Origin: Candidatus Latescibacterota bacterium
Lineage (GTDB): Bacteria; Latescibacterota; UBA2968; UBA8231
Direction: 5' to 3'
NCBI GenBank assembly: GCA_965205655.1
Contig: CBDBIJ010000022.1
Coordinates: 32,001-96,000, forward strand
Length of the DNA stretch: 64,000 nucleotides
Shown here: piece after piece, positions 11,174 to 21,021 of the stretch
Numbering within the stretch: position 1 is the first letter of the stretch
Layout of the letters: the number at the start of each line of letters is the position of its first letter
Made by a program: the position numbers and the translations under genes
Notes under the pieces: generated by a model
Seen by the model: the letters and a program-made list of their open reading frames with translations, nothing else
What the model was told of the DNA's origin: nothing
The model's database searches: none

Positions 11174-11941
11174 CTAAAGAATATTTACCGAGAACGCACC
11201 GTCCACCGGTATCGCCGTTCCGGTCACGAAATTCGACGCCGCGCTCGCCAGAAAGATGGCGATGCCGCGAAAGTCGTCGGGGGTTCCCCAGCGGTCTGCG
11301 GGGGTGCGGGCGAGCACTTTCTCATTGAGCCCTTCGAGCTGTTGCCGCGCCGTCTTCGTCAGCGGCGTGTCGATGAAGCCGGGCAGAAAACAGTTCACCT
11401 GGATGTTGTCCTTGGCCCAGGCGATGGCGAACGATTTCGTAATCTGCACCATCGCCGCCTTCGAGGCGGAGTAGGGCGCTCCCCACGAGGCGCCGAAGAT
11501 GGAAAGCATCGAGCCGTTGTTCAGGATCTTCCCGCCTCCCGCCTCCTTCATCGCCGGATAGCACGCCGTGCTGCAGCGGAAGGCGCTGTCCAGGTTCGTG
11601 TCCAGCACCAGACGCCACTCGTCGTAGGTCAGGTCCTGCGGCTCCTTGCGGATGTTCGTGCCGGCGTTGTTCACCAGAATGTCGATGCGACCGCCCTCAT
11701 TCTTTACCGTCTGCGCCATCTTGTTGACCGAGTCCATGTCCGTCACGTCGCACTTCACGGCGAACGCTTTCCCGCCCGCGCTCTCTATCTCCTGCGCCGC
11801 GGTTTTGGATTTTTCTTCGTTGCGCGCTGCCAGCGCCACCGTGGCCCCCGCATCGGCCAGACCCTTGGCCATACCCAGCCCGATACCGCTGTTGCCGCCC
11901 GTGACGATGGCGACCTTTCCACTCAAGTCGAACAGATCCAT
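11174..11941 (-). CDS. SDR oxidoreductase (KduD/gluconate 5-dehydrogenase-like)
   Basis: TGGNSGIG, NNAG, YSASK. Confidence 0.9.
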   Translation of the reverse strand: MDLFDLSGKVAIVTGGNSGIGLGMAKGLADAGATVALAARNEEKSKTAAQEIESAGGKAFAVKCDVTDMDSVNKMAQTVKNEGGRIDILVNNAGTNIRKEPQDLTYDEWRLVLDTNLDSAFRCSTACYPAMKEAGGGKILNNGSMLSIFGASWGAPYSASKAAMVQITKSFAIAWAKDNIQVNCFLPGFIDTPLTKTARQQLEGLNEKVLARTPADRWGTPDDFRGIAIFLASAASNFVTGTAIPVDGAFSVNIL

Positions 11942-11969
11942 CGAATCCCCCTCTCAATTCGTGTGCGCC

Positions 11970-12923
11970 TCAGTTCACCACATTCTGCGGCTTGCCGTCG
12001 ATCCACGCTTTCACGTTCTCGACGAGCGTATCGAGCAATCGCGATCGCGCCGAGCGGGTGGCCCAGGCGATGTGAGGTGTGACGAAGCAGTTCTTGGCGC
12101 TGATCAGCGGGTTGTCCATCGCCGGCGGCTCCACCGTGAGCACGTCGAGACCGGCGCCGGCCAGCTTGCCCGCGTTGAGGGCATCCGCCAAGGCCTGATC
12201 GTCCACGAGGGGACCGCGGCTCGTATTGACGAGAAAGGCCGTCGGCTTCATCAGAGCGAGACGCTCGGCGTTGGCGAGCTTGTCGGTCTCCGGTGTCAGC
12301 GGACAGTGGAGGCTGATAACGTCACTGCGCTTGAAGATCTCCTCTACGGTGACGAACTCCGCGTCGGGAAAGTCGGCCGGCTTGAGATACTCGTCGTGCG
12401 CCAGCACCTGCATCCCCAGGGCGCGGGCGATGTCGCCGGTGCGCTGGCCGATGCGGCCGTAGCCGACGATCCCCATCGTCAGGCCGTTCAGCTCGACCAG
12501 CGGAAAGTCCCAGTAACAGAAGTCGCGATTGTTCGTCCAGCGAGCCTCCTTCACGGTTTCGGCGTGATAGGCGACCCGCTGCGTCAGATTCAGCACGTGG
12601 GCGAACACCATCTGCGCCACCGAGGGCGTGCCGTAGGTGGGAATGTTCGTCACCACGATACTCTTCTCCGACGCCGCCTCCAGATCGATGATGTTGTATC
12701 CCGTGGCCTGCACCCCGATGTATTTCAGATCCGGCACCTGCTCGATGACCTCCTTCGAGATCACCGCCTTGTTCGGCATGATGATATCGGCCCCTTGTGC
12801 GCGAGGCACGACCTCTTCGGGCGTCGAGTATTCGTGTACGGTCGTGTCACCGAGAGCCTCCAGGCCCTCCCAGCTGAGATCTCCCGGATTCAGCGTGTAT
12901 CCGTCGGGTACGACGATCTTCAT
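11970..12923 (-). CDS. D-2-hydroxyacid dehydrogenase (glycerate dehydrogenase-like)
   Basis: DGYTLNPGDLSW, GYGRIG, LHCPLT, NTSRG, TPHIAW. Confidence 0.9.
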   Translation of the reverse strand: MKIVVPDGYTLNPGDLSWEGLEALGDTTVHEYSTPEEVVPRAQGADIIMPNKAVISKEVIEQVPDLKYIGVQATGYNIIDLEAASEKSIVVTNIPTYGTPSVAQMVFAHVLNLTQRVAYHAETVKEARWTNNRDFCYWDFPLVELNGLTMGIVGYGRIGQRTGDIARALGMQVLAHDEYLKPADFPDAEFVTVEEIFKRSDVISLHCPLTPETDKLANAERLALMKPTAFLVNTSRGPLVDDQALADALNAGKLAGAGLDVLTVEPPAMDNPLISAKNCFVTPHIAWATRSARSRLLDTLVENVKAWIDGKPQNVVN

Positions 12924-13058
12924 TTCCGCTCTCCTTTTCTCTTCATCATTTCACTGACTTGTGCCGGCTGCAGAATCTGGTCCTTGGGACTCGATTCTGC
13001 AAAAGAGCCTATAGTCTCACCCGACCCCGCGTCAAGGAGTTCGCGTAACGCCATGAGG

Positions 13059-13086
13059 TTGACCTGTCTCAGGCAAATGATATGAT
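13059..13086 (+). promoter_or_regulatory. Putative sigma70 promoter for the 13139 gene
   Basis: TTGACC-N16-TATGAT with extended -10 TG, in a divergent intergenic region. Confidence 0.45.
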
Positions 13087-13138
13087 GTCGTGGATGGAGA
13101 GGAGATTCCGGCCGGATACCGATTGATTCGAGAAGGCG

Positions 13139-13402
13139 ATGAGAGAGAGTCGGCGTTCTGACAGCCTGGCGCCCGAGGCCAGAGCCGCGATCGAGAAGGA
13201 GGAGGTCAAGAGATGGCCTCTCATCCCGCGCTGGTTCAAAGCGTTGCTCGTCGCCAGTGCGGTGTTCGGCGTGTCGTACGGATCGACCGGGGATGCTCTG
13301 GTGTCAGCCGCCTTCTCAGCAGGAGCGGCCGTCGTCTTCGTGGTGGGAGCCAGCTGTTATTCCGCGTATAGACGCTATCTGCAACAGCGACTGCCACGGT
13401 AG
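13139..13402 (+). CDS. Small hypothetical membrane protein
   Basis: 87 aa with two hydrophobic segments; GAAGG upstream. Confidence 0.55.
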   Translation: MRESRRSDSLAPEARAAIEKEEVKRWPLIPRWFKALLVASAVFGVSYGSTGDALVSAAFSAGAAVVFVVGASCYSAYRRYLQQRLPR

Positions 13403-13520
13403 GTCGAAACACCGAAGACAGAGCCAGTATCATCGCGGGATTCCTCGCGACCCGCGTCCGGCACAGGAGTGGCATTCCATTATATATAGGTGGATCAGAC
13501 GGGATGCCTCGAGAGAGGGC

Positions 13521-14150
13521 ATGGCAAAGATTGACATAATCTGGACAGAGTCCCGAGCGACCCCACTTGCTGCCGTGCGCGACTTTGCCCTGGAGACCTA
13601 TACCACCTCCAAACCGCTCAACTACGACGAGGACAATGTTGCGACCCGCTATCTGGATGAGGAAGGCTGGACCGTGCACCGCAAGCGGGCCTGGACCACG
13701 CTGATGAGCGGGGCGCACTATGACATGATCGACTTTTCCATCCTGCCACACCTCGAGACGGGCACACCGGCCTCACAGAAGTGCATTCGCACCTGGATGA
13801 GCCATCTGTCTACGTTCATCCATTCGGTCGACCTTGCCCGGGCTCGGCCGCGCCCAAGCTGGCTGAAAAAGCAGCCTGAAAAACCGTCGCGTCGGTTCTG
13901 GCAGTGGAGGGGCAGGATTACTGCATCTATCTGGCCGACGGACGCGAGCGAGAAGAAAGAGATTGCGGCCAGCCGATCGAGGGAGCTCTATGTTTTGCCC
14001 TGCCGGACGGGAATTTCAAGGTTTCTGCTTACTTGCCGAGCACAGGCGCCGATTCTCCGGCTTTGCGCCTACCCGGGGGAGAGACAGAGCTGGATGTACC
14101 CGTATTCACCCATGATATTCTGATCCGGGATTCGACGTGTTTGAATTGGG
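13521..14150 (+). pseudogene. 3' fragment of a larger, possibly glycoside-hydrolase-like, gene; frameshifted; boundaries approximate
   Basis: Protein-like 'KPLNYDEDN...HRKRAWTTLMSGAHYDMIDFS' continues after a frameshift in the A-run near 13880 as 'VASVLAVEGQDYCIYLADGRE'; no convincing N-terminus. Confidence 0.5.
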
Positions 14151-14159
14151 AGGTTGTTG

Positions 14160-15041
14160 ATGAACCGAGGACTCAACCCCGAACAGATTCAACAATTCCA
14201 CCAGGATGGCTTCCTGATTGTTCGTGATTTGCTCCAACGCGAAGCACTTCAGCCCTTGATCGATGAGCTCGAACAGAAAGTCGATGACTCGAGCAATGAA
14301 GCCGTGAGGCGGGGGTTCCTCGACGCGACGAGCCTGTTTCCCGACGCGCCTTTTGCCACCCGGCTGGCGCTGGTGGCGGACGCCTGCTCCGACCGCAGCT
14401 GGTTGTGGCACCAGGTTCAGGGCAAACAGCACAAAACTGCCGGCATGTTCACACTCAGAACCTGGCCGGCTCTACTGGATGCAGCGGAATCGTTGATTGG
14501 TCCTGAGATTCTTGCGCACCCTCAAACAGTCCTCCGCGCGAAACTGCCGGACCACGAGGACACGGTCGTGCCCTGGCACCAGGACCTCGCCTACCTGACA
14601 CCCGAGGAAGCGGGGGAGACGTTGATCGTGAACTTCTGGATCCCTCTCGTCGATGCCACTGCCGAAAACGGCTGCATGCAGGTGATGCGTGGATCGCATA
14701 GACCCGGTCTGTTGCCGCACGACCATCGGGTACCCCTTTATCACGGAGTTGCCGAGTCCGACCTGCCTGAAGGTGAAATCGTGACCTGCGAGGTGGACGT
14801 GGGCGATGCGTTGATGCTCATGGAGCGGATGTTACATCGCTCGAATCCCAACGCCTCCAACACCGTCAGGTGGAGTGTCGACACACGTTACAGTCGCATT
14901 GGGCTCCCTACAGGCCGCTCGAGCAAGCCCGGCTTTGTGGCTCGCAGCCACGAAGATCCTGAGAGTGTCGCGGGCTCACACCACGACTGGATCAAGCTCT
15001 ATACCGACGCAGGCCTCGATTGGACTGAGATGCCGCGATGA
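14160..15041 (+). CDS. Phytanoyl-CoA dioxygenase (PhyH) family
   Basis: WHQD, NFWIPL, ENGCM, LHRS, RWSVD; GGGAGG RBS. Confidence 0.9.
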   Translation: MNRGLNPEQIQQFHQDGFLIVRDLLQREALQPLIDELEQKVDDSSNEAVRRGFLDATSLFPDAPFATRLALVADACSDRSWLWHQVQGKQHKTAGMFTLRTWPALLDAAESLIGPEILAHPQTVLRAKLPDHEDTVVPWHQDLAYLTPEEAGETLIVNFWIPLVDATAENGCMQVMRGSHRPGLLPHDHRVPLYHGVAESDLPEGEIVTCEVDVGDALMLMERMLHRSNPNASNTVRWSVDTRYSRIGLPTGRSSKPGFVARSHEDPESVAGSHHDWIKLYTDAGLDWTEMPR

Positions 15042-15083
15042 TTCGCTTCTCCGACCAGGCGGTCTGAAGGAGGCAACCGAAAA

Positions 15084-15665
15084 ATGTCCAGGCTCGACCC
15101 ATTCCATTTACCACTCACCGCTACGTTGCTCGTCGGTATGATGAGCTGTGCCTCGGTCCCACCTCAGGTCGCAAAGACACATCAGAAAGAGCAAGAGATC
15201 ATCGAATCGCTCCGTGCGGCCCATCTCGCAATGGTAGACGCCTATATCGACAAGAAACTCGAGGATTTCGAGAGATTCTTTTTCAACGAATACGGCCCGG
15301 TGTACTTCGAGAACTGGACGGCCGCGTTTGAACAGGTCAACGGGCGCCCGTACGACTCAGGCAGGGACCTCCCGCAGCTCTACAGCGACCTCGTGGCGGA
15401 GTATCAGGCCGAATCGGCGCTCATCGATCAAATGCGCGTTCAGTTGCGGGAGGCGATAGCGACGGAATATCGAAATGCGTTGGATGCTCACCAGGCAGTT
15501 GGTGGCTGGCTGGACGCCATGGAAAAACTCAACTCAGCTCAACGGCAATCCATCGACACTCTCCTGGGATCCATCCAGCCGGGGCTGTCATTGGATCTCA
15601 TTGACGACGCCGTTGTCAACGCCAAACAGAGTCTGCAGGAGAGACTGGAAACCCTGACGAATTGA
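15084..15665 (+). CDS. Hypothetical helical lipoprotein
   Basis: Signal peptide with lipobox-like MMSC; amphipathic helical body; GGAGG RBS. Confidence 0.7.
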   Translation: MSRLDPFHLPLTATLLVGMMSCASVPPQVAKTHQKEQEIIESLRAAHLAMVDAYIDKKLEDFERFFFNEYGPVYFENWTAAFEQVNGRPYDSGRDLPQLYSDLVAEYQAESALIDQMRVQLREAIATEYRNALDAHQAVGGWLDAMEKLNSAQRQSIDTLLGSIQPGLSLDLIDDAVVNAKQSLQERLETLTN

Positions 15666-15675
15666 GGAGAGAGCC

Positions 15676-15945
15676 GTGCCCAGACGAAGCGCAATTGGCA
15701 AGATCGCCAGCAAGAAGACGAAGTCCGCCTTTGCAGAGGAACTTTCAAGCCACACGGCCTTTACAGCGAAGGAGACTGCGGAGCTGTTCCCGAACAAATC
15801 CGATCGCGACGAGCTGGTCGCTCTCATCGAGATTGTCAACTCTGACAAGAACGACAAAGAAAAGCAGGCCGAGTTGGTTGCGAGAATTGGCGAAGTTGGT
15901 GGAGCGGTTCTCAAACTCAGCAAGAAAGTCACTACGGGACTGTAG
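15676..15945 (+). CDS. Small hypothetical helical protein
   Basis: GAGGAG RBS, GTG start, 89 aa, 10 bp after the lipoprotein gene. Confidence 0.65.
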   Translation: MPRRSAIGKIASKKTKSAFAEELSSHTAFTAKETAELFPNKSDRDELVALIEIVNSDKNDKEKQAELVARIGEVGGAVLKLSKKVTTGL

Positions 15946-15986
15946 CTCGAGAGCGCCCACACCGCCATCACCCCGAGGAGTACCGG

Positions 15987-16352
15987 ATGGACATGACCGT
16001 TGTCAATCTCGCGCATAAGTTCAGCCTGTTTTCCGACCACTGGACTCCGAAGATCGTCGGCGAACTCAACGGGCAACACGTCAAAGTGGCGAAACTGAAG
16101 GGCGAATTCGTTTGGCACCACCACGAAAATGAGGATGAGTTGTTTCTCGTAATGAATGGCAGCCTCCTCATGCGACTCCGTGACCGTGAGGTTACCATAA
16201 ACGAAGGAGAGTTCTTCATAGTGCCGCGGGGCGTTGAGCATCTCCCTGTCGCGGAGGAGGAAGTTCATGTCGTCCTCCTCGAACCGGCCTCCATCGTGAA
16301 CACCGGCAACGTCCACAACCAGCTCACCGTGGAGAATCTCGACCGCGTTTAG
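15987..16352 (+). CDS. Cupin domain protein (mannose-6-phosphate isomerase-like)
   Basis: DHWTPKIVGELNG, GEFVWHHHENEDELF, VPRGVEH. Confidence 0.88.
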   Translation: MDMTVVNLAHKFSLFSDHWTPKIVGELNGQHVKVAKLKGEFVWHHHENEDELFLVMNGSLLMRLRDREVTINEGEFFIVPRGVEHLPVAEEEVHVVLLEPASIVNTGNVHNQLTVENLDRV

Positions 16353-16368
16353 GTCCTACGAAATCCTT

Positions 16369-16827
16369 ATGCCCGCAAGAATTCAGAATCCTGAAGTTGC
16401 TGCAGTCTTCAAATCCTACCCGAGTCGTATGCGGAAGAAGCTGATGTTTCTTCGACAGTTGATTCTCGAAGCGGCGGCGGCAACAGAAAGTGTTGGAGAG
16501 TTGGAAGAAACTCTGAAGTGGGGGGAACCAAGCTATCTTACATCAAAATCGAAAAGTGGAAGCACCGTCAGAATTGCCTGGAAAGAAGCTCAGGAGGAAC
16601 AGTACGCAATCTACTTCAAATGTACCACGGATCTGGTTGCTACCTTCAGAGAGAGATATCCAAGTGAGTTTCGGTATGGCGGAAATCGAAGCATTCTTTT
16701 CGATAAAGACGATGAAGTTTCTGTAGAGGAATTGAGAAGCTGTATTTCATTGGCTTTGACCTATCATTTGAACAAGAAACTGCGGCAAGAGGATAGGTGG
16801 AACATGGTGGGAACATCACTTGAATAA
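16369..16827 (+). CDS. DUF1801 (YdhG-like) domain protein
   Basis: LEETLKWGEPSY, GSTVRI, GNRSI, ALTYH; visibly lower GC than neighbours. Confidence 0.85.
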   Translation: MPARIQNPEVAAVFKSYPSRMRKKLMFLRQLILEAAAATESVGELEETLKWGEPSYLTSKSKSGSTVRIAWKEAQEEQYAIYFKCTTDLVATFRERYPSEFRYGGNRSILFDKDDEVSVEELRSCISLALTYHLNKKLRQEDRWNMVGTSLE

Positions 16828-16863
16828 AGCACGCGCCGAACCGATTCCATCAGGAGAAACACC

Positions 16864-17238
16864 ATGCTCGCTCCCATGAATCGCGTTATCATCTTTGCTG
16901 GCGACGTCGAGAAACGCGCGACCTTTTTTCGCGATCTCTTTGATCTGGCCCCGATCGAAAGCACACACTCGCCGCAGGAATGGCTCGAGCTCGATGCTGG
17001 AGCTTGTCGATTGGCATTTCACAAAGCGTATGGGCCGGATGGGCCTGTCGATGGCCCGACGGGCGGCTCGTCCAACCCACATAAGATTGTCTTTCATGCC
17101 GAGGATGTGCCGGCCATGCGGGAAGAGCTCTGTCGCCGTGGGGCTCCGATGCAGGACGTCGAGGTATTCGGAGATCTCGTGCTCTGCGACGGCCAGGACC
17201 CCGAGGGCCATCGATTTCAGATATCGAATGGAGGGTAG
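16864..17238 (+). CDS. VOC/glyoxalase family protein
   Basis: FFRDLFDL and DPEGHRFQI. Confidence 0.8.
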   Translation: MLAPMNRVIIFAGDVEKRATFFRDLFDLAPIESTHSPQEWLELDAGACRLAFHKAYGPDGPVDGPTGGSSNPHKIVFHAEDVPAMREELCRRGAPMQDVEVFGDLVLCDGQDPEGHRFQISNGG

Positions 17239-17370
17239 CGCAGCGGGACTCGACGACAGATTTTCACGGCCTCTGCAAAACAAGCGAGACCTCCTCGTGA
17301 CCGCGCTTTTGCACCCATGCCAGCGGGCCTCCGTGGTCTCGAATTCTATCGGATGTATCAACAGGTTGGC

Positions 17371-18501
17371 TCACATCGGATATTGACCGACCTGCTCGAA
17401 GAGCGTCTCGAAGCGGCCGACGTTATCCCAGTTGATCTCGACTCCCAACCCGGACCGGTCGGGCACGACGGTCTTGCCGCCCTCGATATCGAGCAGGCCG
17501 TCGACGAGTACGTCGTCGACGCTCAGCTCGTGCATCACCTGGTTGCCGTCGGTGACGTTCGGGATCGCCGCCAGGACCTGCAGCGCCGCCAGCGTCGAAA
17601 TGCCCGTCTCGCCCAAACAGCCGTGGCGGTTGATGTTGAGATTGCCGGCCGCGGCAACGGCGGCCGCCTTCTTTAGCGGCAGCAATCCACCCGTTTCGTG
17701 AAACCCGATGACGACAACGTCGCAGGCGTCGCGACGGACCGCTTCCAGTACGTCGGCCTCCGTGAACAATGCCTGATCGAGAGCGATCGGTACGGACACC
17801 TGGCGGCGCAGATCGGCCGAACCAGCAATGTCGAAGGCCGGTAAGGGCTGCTCGACCCAATCCAGATTGAACGGCTCCAGTTTGCGGATCATGGTGATGG
17901 CCGTGTGGCGATCCCAGGCCTCGTTGGGGTCGACGCGTAGACGGGGGCCGTCGCCCACAGCCTCACGCACCGCCTGCACCGCCGCCAAATCGAATTCCGC
18001 TCCCTGGCCAATCTTCATGTAGAGGACATCGAAACCGCGCTTCACGTAGCTGCGGGCGTCAGCGGCCAGCGTCTGCGGATCGCCTCCCTGCAGGAAACCG
18101 AACCAGTGAACGGTCTCGTGAATCTTGCCGCCGAGCAGGTTGTAGACTGGCTGCCCGAGCGCCTTGCCGCAGATGTCCCACAAGGCCATTTCGATGCCGG
18201 CAAATGACTGATTGGCGAATCGGCGCTGGTTGCTCCAGGCACCGCTGTGATACAGTCGCGCCAGCAGGTATTCGACGCGAAACGGATCCTCCCGGAGCAG
18301 AAGGTGTTCGACCGAGCGGATTGTCGCCTCGGCTGCCACCGCCGAACGCGCGCCCAAAGCGTCGCCGTAGCCGACGACCCCGTCGTCGGTGTGCAGCTCT
18401 ACCAGGACGGAGTTGAAGCCCTCGGGGGCGCCGATCGCCCAGTGATAGCGGCCGCGCAAGGGCACCGCGAGAGTGTGAGTACGGATCTCGGAAATTTTCA
18501 T
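17371..18501 (-). CDS. Mandelate racemase/muconate lactonizing enzyme family
   Basis: TDDGVVGYG, EMALWDICGKALGQPVYNLLGG, LRVDPN, VEQP. Confidence 0.9.
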   Translation of the reverse strand: MKISEIRTHTLAVPLRGRYHWAIGAPEGFNSVLVELHTDDGVVGYGDALGARSAVAAEATIRSVEHLLLREDPFRVEYLLARLYHSGAWSNQRRFANQSFAGIEMALWDICGKALGQPVYNLLGGKIHETVHWFGFLQGGDPQTLAADARSYVKRGFDVLYMKIGQGAEFDLAAVQAVREAVGDGPRLRVDPNEAWDRHTAITMIRKLEPFNLDWVEQPLPAFDIAGSADLRRQVSVPIALDQALFTEADVLEAVRRDACDVVVIGFHETGGLLPLKKAAAVAAAGNLNINRHGCLGETGISTLAALQVLAAIPNVTDGNQVMHELSVDDVLVDGLLDIEGGKTVVPDRSGLGVEINWDNVGRFETLFEQVGQYPM

Positions 18502-18660
18502 ATCGGCCTCGAGGATGCTCGGGCACAAGAGGATGCACAATCAGATCCTGCCACGCCACTGCAGGCAATCAGCTTCGGTTACCAGATGCTTGACGTCTCG
18601 TTTCGGCGCGGCGACGCGCGAAGCCACTCCGCACCAGCCGCCCATGCCTATCTTAGCCAC

Positions 18661-19713
18661 ATGCCCGCCTCCGAGCTCACACCCACCCAATACCGAGCTC
18701 TCCGCGAGCAGATTCAGGGCATCATTTCCGAGGGAGGGATCCACACCCGCCAGGCCGGCGAGTGGGAGAAAGTGGAGACCTACTGGCACATCGGCGACGC
18801 CTTAATTTCCCACATCGACGGCCAGCCCCGCGCCGAGTACGGCCGGCAAATAGTCGTTAACCTAAGTAAAGACATACAGTTACCGAAGTCTCTCTTGTGG
18901 CACATCCTGCGCTTCAGGCGCGTCTTAACAATTCTCTCCACGTGGAGAGAATTGAGCTGGTCCCACATCAGAGAGATCATCTACCGGCCCAGCCGCGAGG
19001 AACGTCGGTTTTATCTGAGCGCCGCCAATCGGGATCGCTGGAACGTGGCTCAGTTGCAGAAAGCCATCCGCGACGACCTCTACGGTGGCACCGTCACTCG
19101 ACCCTTCGCCGTCCAACCCGAGCAGGACGCTCCCGCCGGCCGCCCCCTTCGCGCCCGCTTCGGTGAATTCCATGTCTATAAGATTGTACCCAGCGGCAAC
19201 CCCGCATCTCACGAACTGTATCTCGACCTCGGTTTCCACATGACTGAGCACATCGATCCCATCGGACTCAAAGACCCGGCTCCCGATCTCCTCGTCACCT
19301 CGAAGAAACGTCGCGACGGCGCCTACGCTTTCAATCCGTGCCCGCCCCAAACCCACCGCCATACTTACATCGGCTGGCCTCACCGCATCATCGACGGCGA
19401 TACCCTCATCGGTGTCGCCGACTGCGGCCTCGGCCACCACACCTGGCCCCTCCGCTGGCGCCTGCGCGGCATCGACACCCCCGAACTCGGCACCTTCGCC
19501 GGCCGCAACGCGAAAGACTTCGTCGTCGACGTCCTGTCGCAGGTCTCATTCGTCGTCATCTCGACCTTTAAGACAGACAACTACGGGAGATTTCTCGTTG
19601 ATCTGAAGTACCTGCCGGGCGAGAGTGACCCAGTTGTCGTGCGCGATAATGGTACCTACCTGAATCGGCAGCTGCTTATCCAACGCCTTGCGACTCGATG
19701 GCAGCCCGAGTAA
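18661..19713 (+). CDS. DUF1016 N-terminal (YhcG-N) domain fused to a thermonuclease (SNase) domain
   Basis: N-terminal YWHIG, RAEYG, LSWSH, RRFY, W..QLQKAI; C-terminal IIDGDT, RLRGIDTPE, DNYGRFL, LNRQLL. Confidence 0.8.
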   Translation: MPASELTPTQYRALREQIQGIISEGGIHTRQAGEWEKVETYWHIGDALISHIDGQPRAEYGRQIVVNLSKDIQLPKSLLWHILRFRRVLTILSTWRELSWSHIREIIYRPSREERRFYLSAANRDRWNVAQLQKAIRDDLYGGTVTRPFAVQPEQDAPAGRPLRARFGEFHVYKIVPSGNPASHELYLDLGFHMTEHIDPIGLKDPAPDLLVTSKKRRDGAYAFNPCPPQTHRHTYIGWPHRIIDGDTLIGVADCGLGHHTWPLRWRLRGIDTPELGTFAGRNAKDFVVDVLSQVSFVVISTFKTDNYGRFLVDLKYLPGESDPVVVRDNGTYLNRQLLIQRLATRWQPE

Positions 19714-19866
19714 GGACCGGCCCTCTACTCTACTTCAAAGATCCGGATGGGCCTCCTCTGGGAGGTGGCACACAATCCGATTTTTGGGTGGGCCCCGCTC
19801 ATTGAACTGCGACCAGGACAGCGCCACGGGGAGCATGGCCCGGCTGCGCTGCCAGAGTGCGAATCT

Positions 19867-19921
19867 GCCTCGACACCGCTCTAACCTTTGATATACACTA
19901 TTGAGATCACTCCTGATTCCA
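19867..19921 (+). repeat. Copy 1 of a ~55-bp dispersed direct repeat (promoter-like)
   Basis: gcctcgacaccgctctaacctttgatatacactat-tgagatcactcctgattcca closely matches 26801-26868. Confidence 0.75.
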
Positions 19922-19959
19922 CTGCTCGTCTAATTGGATACGCTTACGAACTTCGCCTA

Positions 19960-20070
19960 GGCGGTGGTTCAATCGTGAAGGCCATATTCTCATTTCCGGA
20001 TGGTCGTCGTTTTCACTTTAACGACCCGAATGGCAATGAGTACGCAGTCTCGTCCGATATAGATGTATGA
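19960..20070 (+). pseudogene. 3' remnant of a VOC/glyoxalase gene
   Basis: GGSIVKAIFSFPDGRRFHFNDPNGNEYAV, with no N-terminal half. Confidence 0.65.
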
Positions 20071-20106
20071 TGACCGCCGAAGGAGATGTATTGCAGGTCC
20101 GCCGGA

Positions 20107-20733
20107 CTAGCGGTCGTCCGTCGGTGAGGTCTGTGCGGTCCCTTGCTCCGGGAGCCCAACCAGAACCATTGCGGAGTCTACCATCTCGTCCGCATCGACG
20201 GTATCGCGCAGCACTTTGGAGGTGCCGAGCAGGCCGGCGCTGAGAACGAAGAGCGACTTCGCGAGTTGGTCTGCAGTGAGGTCGCTGCGGATCTGACCGG
20301 TTCGTTGGCCTTGCTCGATGGTCTCGATCAGCAGACTGGACGCGCGGGCGTGATGGCGCCTGAGCAGGGCGGAGACCTTTGCGTCGTGGGCACCGAGCTC
20401 GACGACGGCGTTCATCGCCATGCAGCCCCGCTGAACCGGCTGATCGCAGCACAACGCCGCGGCGCCTTGCAGCCAGGCGCGCAGACCATCGACCGGGGAT
20501 GTTGCCTCGGACAGAATGCCGTGCATCCTCTGATAGGCGCGGTCGAGGTAGCGAGTCAGCGATTTCATGAACAGATCGTGCTTGTCCTCGAAAGCTTTGT
20601 AGATGCTGCCCTTGTGCAGCCCGGTGGCCTCCATGAGGTCGGTCATGGAGGTCGACTCGTAGCCCTTCGTCCAGAACGTGCCCATAGCGGCGTCCAGGGC
20701 TTCATCCATGTCGAATTCGCGTGGTCTTGCCAT
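20107..20733 (-). CDS. TetR/AcrR family regulator (NemR/ComR-like)
   Basis: MARPREFD...GYESTS..DL...GLHKGSIYKAF.DK..LF; GCMAMN. Confidence 0.92.
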   Translation of the reverse strand: MARPREFDMDEALDAAMGTFWTKGYESTSMTDLMEATGLHKGSIYKAFEDKHDLFMKSLTRYLDRAYQRMHGILSEATSPVDGLRAWLQGAAALCCDQPVQRGCMAMNAVVELGAHDAKVSALLRRHHARASSLLIETIEQGQRTGQIRSDLTADQLAKSLFVLSAGLLGTSKVLRDTVDADEMVDSAMVLVGLPEQGTAQTSPTDDR

Positions 20734-21021
20734 GAGAACTCCTCTTACAATGTACTCATTCGGGCGCTCAAAAGAACTGGACGTACTCCACCTGCAGATA
20801 GTCATCACGCCTCACCGCAGACAGCGGATCGCCCGCGTCGACGTTGCTGAAGAAGCGCGCTTCGAGGCGGACCTCGCCGGAGCTCCGCCAGCGGCGGTTC
20901 GCCTCCAAAGAAGCAAAGCGCGACCCATTGTCGAGGTCGATCGCAGTGAATGCGAGCACATCCGTGTCCTGCGCATCGTTGAAGGTGAGGCGTCCGCCCA
21001 CAGCGATGTCGTTGTCGGAAG

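Noticed and set aside
17274..17313. Imperfect inverted repeat TGCAAAA…TTTTGCA between convergent genes
   Set aside because: Stem too imperfect to call a terminator or element; single copy
13400..17370. Possible integron cassette array
   Set aside because: No tyrosine integrase and no convincing RYYYAAC…GTTRRRY attC pairs in the spacers
18247..18660. Long N-terminal extension of the DUF1016_N-nuclease ORF
   Set aside because: Overlaps the opposite-strand racemase gene and intergenic DNA; domain similarity starts at ATG 18661
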